Origin: an uncultured Acidobacteriota bacterium
GTDB taxonomy: Bacteria; Acidobacteriota; Vicinamibacteria; Vicinamibacterales; 2-12-FULL-66-21
Length of the DNA: 64,000 nucleotides
NCBI GenBank assembly: GCA_963717745.1
Contig: CAVQXJ010000011.1
Coordinates: forward strand, 127,942-191,941
Direction of reading: 5' to 3'
Every line of letters starts with the position of its first letter. The first letter of the stretch is position 1. Position numbers and translations under genes: made by a program. Of this stretch, positions 58,507 to 64,000 are shown in pieces. The notes beneath the pieces were generated by a model. The model worked only from the letters and a program-made list of their open reading frames with translations, made no database searches and was not told where the DNA came from.

Positions 58507-60915
58507 TCACCCCTGTTGTTCCAGCAACCGCGCCGGGTCGAGTCTGGCGGCTCTCGCCGCCGGCACCAGGCACGCCGCCAGCGCCACCGCCGCCAGGGAC
58601 GCCGCGGATCCGGTGAGGATGATCGGGTCGGAGGTCGAGGTCTGAAAGAGGAGCGGCGTGAGCGCGCTGCCAAGAACCAGGCTCGCGGCTATGCCGGCGG
58701 CGACGCCTGCGCCGGTGAGACCGGCTCCCCGGCGAAGGACCAACCAGGTGATTTGCCAGCGCGTCGCGCCAATGGCCATCCGCGTGCCGATCTCGCGGGT
58801 GCGCTGTCTGACGCCCGACGACATCACGGCGTAGATGCCGACCGCCGCGAGCGCGACCGCGATCCAGGCGAAGAGGCCGAGCAGCCAGAGCGCCAGTCGC
58901 ACCGCACCCACAGACTCGGCGGCGACCGCGTCGAGAGGACGCGCATTGGTCAGGATTATCCGTGGCTCGATCCGCTGCAGTGCCATCTTGACGTCCGGCG
59001 CCAGCCCGGCGGGATCGCCGGCCGTCCGGAGGAAGAACGTGGCCGCCGGGGTCGGTCCCTGTTCCATCGGAAAGTACATGTCGGCGCGTAGGTCGTCGGT
59101 GAGCGCCGCCCGGCGGATGTTGCCGACCACGCCGACGATCTCGGCCTGAGTCTGTCCGAGCCTGATCCGGCCGCCGACGGCCGTGCCGCCCGGGAAGAAC
59201 CGCCGCTCGATGGCCTCGCTGACGATCACCACGGTCGGCGCGCCGGGCCGATCGCGGGAATCGAACAGGCGCCCCGACAAGAGAGGGATCCGAAGCGCCG
59301 TGAAGTATCCGCCGGAGGCGTTCTGCCAGCCGACATCAGGCGGCCGCTCGCCGTTCGGCAGCGGCCGATCCGCGCGCTCGAAAGGTACCGTCCAGTTGTT
59401 GCCGGTCAGCGGCGTCACGATCGCGGCGCCAACCGCCTCGACCTCACCGAGTGCGCCGATCGCCGCGGTCGCGCGGTCGAAGAATGCGCGGCCGGCCTTC
59501 TCGTCCGGATACCGATCGACCGGGATCGCGAAATCGAGCGCGAGCACGTGGTCGGCCCGGAAGCCCGGATCGATCGAGAGCAGCCGGTCGAAGCTCCTGA
59601 GGACCAGGCCGGCGCCGAACAGCAGCACCACCGCCAGTGCGACTTCTCCCACCACCAGGATGGACGTCGCCCTGGTCACGCCCCGGGCGATTCCGCCGCG
59701 GGCCGGCCCGGCGAGACCGCCCATCCCGGGCTGCGTCGCCGGCATCAACGCCGGAATCACCGAGAACAGCAGCGACGCGGTCAGCGCGATCGCCAGCGCG
59801 TAGCCCAGCACCGTGGTGTTGATGCCAGCCTCGTCCAGCCCCGGCACCGCGACGCCCGACGGGACGAGCGCGACCAGCGCCGGCACGCCCCAGTGCGCGA
59901 TCGCCAAGCCGGCCGCGGCGGCGACCAGCGCGAGCAGCAGGTTCTCGGCGACCAGCTGCGAGAACAGGCGCAGTCGTCCCGCGCCAAGCGCGACCCGCAG
60001 CGCCATCTCATGCCGCCGATTCATACCGCGAACGAGCAGCAGGTGCGCCACGTTGGCGCACGCGATCACCAGCAGCACGCCGACCGCCCCGAACAGCAGC
60101 TCGAGCGGCCGCCGCGTATCGCCGACCAGCGCATCACGCAGGGTGACCGCCGCATACTGCGAGGACTGATTCGACGCGGGAGACTCCCGTTCGATTTGTG
60201 CTGACAGCGTCTCGAGGTTGGCCGACCCGTCGGCGAGGGTGTTGCCCGGCTTCAATCGGCCGATCGCAAACGTCCATGAGGCCTTCCGGTCCGGCGGCGC
60301 CGCCAGCGGGACGACGGCCGGGACGATGAGATCGGTAGCGGCATTGGGAGGGAAGCGGAAGCCTCGCGGCGCGATCCCGACCACCTCCCGATCCTGCTCG
60401 TCGATCCGGATTCGGCGGCCGATCATCGCGGGATCCGAACCAAAGCTGCGCTCCCACAGGTCGTAGCCGAGTACCGCCACCGGCGCCGCTCCCGGCCGGC
60501 CCTCTTCCGGCGTGAAGAAGCGGCCGAGCGACGGCTGCACCCGCAGGATGTCGAACAGTCCAGGACCCGCGATGAGGCCGCGGACTACGAGCGGTTCGGA
60601 GGTCGAGACGATCGTCGCCCTGACGCCGCCATAGGGTGCCAGCTGCTCGAAAGCGGTCTGGCGCGCCGCGAGATCGACGAAATCGCCGATCGCGACGAAT
60701 TCCTTGGTGATGCCGGTCCGGAGATCGCGATGGTTCAGCACCGCCAGCGCGCCGGCCTCAGGATAGGGCAGCGGACGCAGCAGCACGGCTTCGATCACCG
60801 AGAACACCGCGGCGTTGGCGCCCACCCCGAGCGCCAGCGTCAGGACGGCGGCGATGGTGAAGCGGCGGTCGCGAACCAGCAGCGAGAAGGCATGCCGAAG
60901 CGTGTGGGCGAACAT
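58507..60915 (-). CDS. ADOP-family duplicated ABC permease
   Basis: LTLALGVGANAAVFS, ACANVA, RRHEMALRVALGA, QRTREIGTRMAIGA, PAARAARLDP. Confidence 0.92.
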   Translation of the reverse strand: MFAHTLRHAFSLLVRDRRFTIAAVLTLALGVGANAAVFSVIEAVLLRPLPYPEAGALAVLNHRDLRTGITKEFVAIGDFVDLAARQTAFEQLAPYGGVRATIVSTSEPLVVRGLIAGPGLFDILRVQPSLGRFFTPEEGRPGAAPVAVLGYDLWERSFGSDPAMIGRRIRIDEQDREVVGIAPRGFRFPPNAATDLIVPAVVPLAAPPDRKASWTFAIGRLKPGNTLADGSANLETLSAQIERESPASNQSSQYAAVTLRDALVGDTRRPLELLFGAVGVLLVIACANVAHLLLVRGMNRRHEMALRVALGAGRLRLFSQLVAENLLLALVAAAAGLAIAHWGVPALVALVPSGVAVPGLDEAGINTTVLGYALAIALTASLLFSVIPALMPATQPGMGGLAGPARGGIARGVTRATSILVVGEVALAVVLLFGAGLVLRSFDRLLSIDPGFRADHVLALDFAIPVDRYPDEKAGRAFFDRATAAIGALGEVEAVGAAIVTPLTGNNWTVPFERADRPLPNGERPPDVGWQNASGGYFTALRIPLLSGRLFDSRDRPGAPTVVIVSEAIERRFFPGGTAVGGRIRLGQTQAEIVGVVGNIRRAALTDDLRADMYFPMEQGPTPAATFFLRTAGDPAGLAPDVKMALQRIEPRIILTNARPLDAVAAESVGAVRLALWLLGLFAWIAVALAAVGIYAVMSSGVRQRTREIGTRMAIGATRWQITWLVLRRGAGLTGAGVAAGIAASLVLGSALTPLLFQTSTSDPIILTGSAASLAAVALAACLVPAARAARLDPARLLEQQG

Positions 60916-61023
60916 GCGCTAATTAGACGGTTCACCGCGCAAAACGGCACGCTGGAGTGACGGATGGGGCTGGGGTGTGATGGGTGGAGTGGTTCCGATG
61001 TCGGCTGACTCGATCGACGTCAC

Positions 61024-61071
61024 TTGACCAGCCAATGAGGGCGGAGTATTTTCACTGGCATGGCCAGTGAA
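61024..61071 (+). promoter_or_regulatory. Leaderless sigma70-like promoter with a palindrome centred on the PadR start codon
   Basis: TTGACC-17nt-TATTTT-7nt-ATG; TTCACTGGC-ATG-GCCAGTGAA. Confidence 0.7.
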
Positions 61072-61410
61072 GAAAAGAGCGTGGAGCTCCTCCAGGGGAC
61101 ACTGGATCTCATCGTCCTGCGGGCGCTCTCGACGATGGGCCCGCTGCACGCCTATTCGCTCGCGACCCGGCTGGCGCAGGTGTCGGATCATCCGCTGACC
61201 CTCAACCAGGGCACTCTCTATCCGGCATTGGTCCGGCTGGAGCAGAAGGGCTGGATCAAAGGCTCCTGGCAGAAGACCGACAACAACCGCGACGCCAAGT
61301 ACTACACGATCACCAAGCCGGGGACCCGGGAGCTCGCCCGCCAGGCCGAGCGCTGGCGCCGACTCGCCGGTCTGGTGAACAAACTGTTGCTGGGCCCGGG
61401 CAGAGCGTAA
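61060..61410 (+). CDS. Acidobacterial PadR family transcriptional regulator
   Basis: ELLQGTLDLIVL, LNQGTLYPALVRLEQKGWI, NNRDAKYY; divergent from an ADOP gene. Confidence 0.92.
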   Translation: MASEEKSVELLQGTLDLIVLRALSTMGPLHAYSLATRLAQVSDHPLTLNQGTLYPALVRLEQKGWIKGSWQKTDNNRDAKYYTITKPGTRELARQAERWRRLAGLVNKLLLGPGRA

Positions 61411-61423
61411 GGGCTCTCCGCGG

Positions 61424-62494
61424 TCAACTCCCCGCGGGCTGTGAGGGCTCGCGTTTGATCCACTTGTAGGCCGCCACCGAGTTCTTCCAGAAATACTTCT
61501 CGGCGATCGTGCGCGGCTGGGTCGCGAAATATTCCCGCACCACGCCGACGACCCGGTCGAGCGGCGCCACTCCATCGCTGTTGGGCCAATCGCTCCCGAA
61601 GACGATGCGATCCTCGCCGAAAGTGCCGACCAGCGCATCCAGCCGATCGCGGTAGGGCGCGAGCTCCATGGAGACCTTCCCATTGACGCGATGAATCACC
61701 GCTGACAGCTTCACGAAGACGCGGGGTCGCCCGCGCAGTTCCGCGAGCGCCGCATCGTAGGCCCGTCTCGTCTGAGGGTTCGGCTCGAGGCTCGGCAGAT
61801 GATCCAGCACCACCCGCAGTTCCGGCACCTTGTCGGTGATCTTCACGATCGCCTCGAGCAGGTCGACCCGGGGGTTGGCGGTATCCAGCACGAGATCGGC
61901 CTGGGCGAGCCGCCGAAGTCCGTCGATGAACGCGGCGCTCTCGGCCTCTTTCGTGATGTCGCGTCCCCAGAGGTTGCCGTATCGGATGCCTCGAAAGAGC
62001 CGGTTCTTGTGATATCGGGCCAGCATTTCTCCGAAGTCCGGCCTCGCGGGCTCGAGGTTGCCGATCACGCCGACCACGATGGTGTCCCGCTCCGCGACTT
62101 CGAGCACCCACAAGTTGTCTTCCACCCACGGACTCGCTTCGACCTTGATCGCGCCGACGATGCCGAGGCGCGACGCGAGCGCGCGATAGCGTGGAGGCAG
62201 CGCGGGCTGCGGCGGGCCGGCGTCGGGATGGCCCGTGTAGGGCGCGCCCTGGGGCCGCGTCGGATCGAACAGATGAATATGGGTGTCGATGATCGGGATC
62301 GCGGCGGCTGCGATCTGCGGCGAGGACCCCCCCGTCGCCCGTGCCGCCGGCGGGTCACCAGTTGACCCGATGGCCGCGGTGGCGAGGCCGGCCACGTGCG
62401 CGAGAAATAGCCGGCGCCCGGGGTCGGCGGGGCCGAGCGCCGGCGATCCGGGCGGTTCGAGATCGCGGTCGGAGAGGTCAGGTTCGATTTGCAT
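61424..62494 (-). CDS. Amidohydrolase family protein (lactonase-like), Tat-like signal
   Basis: RRLFL, IIDTHIHLF, VLDHL, VKLS, FGSDWP. Confidence 0.85.
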   Translation of the reverse strand: MQIEPDLSDRDLEPPGSPALGPADPGRRLFLAHVAGLATAAIGSTGDPPAARATGGSSPQIAAAAIPIIDTHIHLFDPTRPQGAPYTGHPDAGPPQPALPPRYRALASRLGIVGAIKVEASPWVEDNLWVLEVAERDTIVVGVIGNLEPARPDFGEMLARYHKNRLFRGIRYGNLWGRDITKEAESAAFIDGLRRLAQADLVLDTANPRVDLLEAIVKITDKVPELRVVLDHLPSLEPNPQTRRAYDAALAELRGRPRVFVKLSAVIHRVNGKVSMELAPYRDRLDALVGTFGEDRIVFGSDWPNSDGVAPLDRVVGVVREYFATQPRTIAEKYFWKNSVAAYKWIKREPSQPAGS

Positions 62495-62577
62495 GGCACA
62501 TCCCGCACGGTTATTCTCTGCGGCGACCGTTAGATCCCGCTCGCGGCGGTTCATCCTCTCAAGAGTCAGGACGACCA

Positions 62578-63459
62578 ATGATCACTCGCCGGAGTTTCAT
62601 ACACCAGACCGCTACGCTTGCCGCGGTCGCGCTCGGCCCCTCCGCCGGGCAAGCCCAAAGCCGCTACAAAATGGGGCTGCAGCTCTTCACCATCAACAGG
62701 AACATGAACCAGGATCCCGTCGGGTCCTTGAAGCGCATCGCCGGGATGGGCTACCAGGAGGTCGAGACCTATGGCATCGATCCCGCCAAGCTGACCTACT
62801 ACGGCATGCCGGCGAAGGATTTTGCGCAGCGGCTGAAGGACCTCAATCTGACGACGCCGAGCGGCCACTACGACCTTCAGAACTTTCTCACGAGCAGCGC
62901 CGACGATTTGAACCGCTACGTTGACGGCTGCGCCGAGGGGGCGCATCTGCTCGGACAGACCTATGTGACGTGGCCGACCATCGGTCCCGGCTCGCGGCCG
63001 CTCGACGTCTACAAGACGGTTGCGGAGCGGCTGAACCTGATTGGTACGAGGCTCGCCAAGGCCAAGCTGCAGCTCGCCTATCACAACAACAATGGCGATT
63101 TCCTCGAGCAGAACGGCCAGACCGGCTACGACGTCATCCTGAAAGAAACCGATCCGAAGCTGGTGAAGCTCCAGGTCGATGTCTACTGGCTGGTGCACGA
63201 CGCGAAGGAGTCGCCGCACTACTGGTTCAAGCGCGCCCCCGGCCGGTTCGTGATGTGGCACGTCAAGGACTTGCACAAGGTCAGCCGCAACTACACGGAG
63301 CTGGGGAACGGGACGATCGACTACACGAAGATCTGGCCCGATGCGGCGATGTCCGGGATGAAGCATTTCTTCGTCGAGCAGGGCGGCAACTTCGCGGTGG
63401 ACGCGATGACGAGCGCCGAGGTCGGTGCCGCGTACGTGAAGAAGTTCCTCCTCAAGTAG
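62578..63459 (+). CDS. Sugar phosphate isomerase/epimerase (xylose isomerase-like TIM barrel), Tat signal
   Basis: TRRSFI, GLQLFT, AYHN, QVDVYW, WHVKD, LGNGTID, FVEQ. Confidence 0.88.
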   Translation: MITRRSFIHQTATLAAVALGPSAGQAQSRYKMGLQLFTINRNMNQDPVGSLKRIAGMGYQEVETYGIDPAKLTYYGMPAKDFAQRLKDLNLTTPSGHYDLQNFLTSSADDLNRYVDGCAEGAHLLGQTYVTWPTIGPGSRPLDVYKTVAERLNLIGTRLAKAKLQLAYHNNNGDFLEQNGQTGYDVILKETDPKLVKLQVDVYWLVHDAKESPHYWFKRAPGRFVMWHVKDLHKVSRNYTELGNGTIDYTKIWPDAAMSGMKHFFVEQGGNFAVDAMTSAEVGAAYVKKFLLK

Positions 63460-63482
63460 CACGGACGATCCCAGTCGCCGTG

Positions 63483-64000
63483 GTGAAAGACGCGCAGGAT
63501 CCGAGCAGACGCGCCCTGCTGGCCGCGACCGCCTCGTTGGTGGCCGCGGCTGTCGGTCATCCCGGAGGCCGCATGCAGTGGCAGGAGAGTCAGCGCTATC
63601 CGGATCCGCGAATCGAGATCCTCGATCCCTCTTTCGCCAAGTACCGCATCAACTCGGCGAAGGTCGAGCGCCTCGCGTCCGGTCTGCGGTGGGCGGAAGG
63701 GCCGGTCTGGTTCGGCGACGGCCGCTACCTGCTCTGGAGCGACATTCCGAACGACCGGATCCTGAGGTGGGACGAGGAGACCGGCGCGGTCAGCGTCTTC
63801 CGCCGCCCCTCGCATTTCGCGAACGGCAACACCCGCGATCGGCAGGGGCGGCTGCTGACCTGCGAGCACGACACGCGGCGCGTCACCCGCACCGAATACG
63901 ACGGGGCGATCACGGTGCTCGCCGACGCGTTCGACGGCAAGCCGCTGAATTCGCCGAACGACATCGTCTGCCGCTCGGACGGCACCATCTGGTTCACCGA
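63483..64000 (+). CDS. SMP-30/gluconolactonase family protein (3' partial)
   Basis: WAEGPVW, LLWSDIPN, ANGNTRD, LTCEH, LNSPND, IWFTD. Confidence 0.88.
   Translation, partial: MKDAQDPSRRALLAATASLVAAAVGHPGGRMQWQESQRYPDPRIEILDPSFAKYRINSAKVERLASGLRWAEGPVWFGDGRYLLWSDIPNDRILRWDEETGAVSVFRRPSHFANGNTRDRQGRLLTCEHDTRRVTRTEYDGAITVLADAFDGKPLNSPNDIVCRSDGTIWFT

Noticed and set aside
1-64000. tRNA, rRNA, riboswitch, prophage, reverse transcriptase or intact transposase
   Set aside because: No recognisable signatures by eye; a covariance-model scan would be needed to exclude small RNAs

Overview
GC-rich (about 70% by eye) bacterial chromosomal DNA, most likely Acidobacteriota. The evidence is duplicated orphan ABC permeases (ADOP) with acidobacterial-type PadR genes and a carboxypeptidase-regulatory-domain TonB receptor; Vicinamibacteria is a guess. 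About 50 protein genes are recognisable. At least a dozen are split by single-base frameshifts, which points to long-read consensus errors. No rRNA, tRNA, CRISPR array or intact transposase was seen. There are three main signals. (1) A dense set of intergenic palindromic elements whose arms are built from 7-9 nt tandem units; one family occurs both empty (7194-7267, 11302-11376) and filled with a GxxExxY (PD-(D/E)XK-like) nuclease gene between perfect 24-bp inverted repeats (12773-13374), suggesting an undescribed nuclease-associated palindromic mobile system. (2) A large orphan biosynthetic-like region (about 30.7-58.0 kb): EhpF/LuxE-like adenylation enzyme, aldehyde dehydrogenase-like reductase, Fe-ADH, GT4, LolCDE-like ABC exporter, PQQ-type propeller, flavin halogenase-like enzyme, acyl-CoA ligase, thioesterase and HemN-like radical SAM enzyme. 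(3) A GCS2/ATP-grasp peptide-ligase operon, plus many apparently leaderless genes. All product calls come from motif recognition, not database searches.
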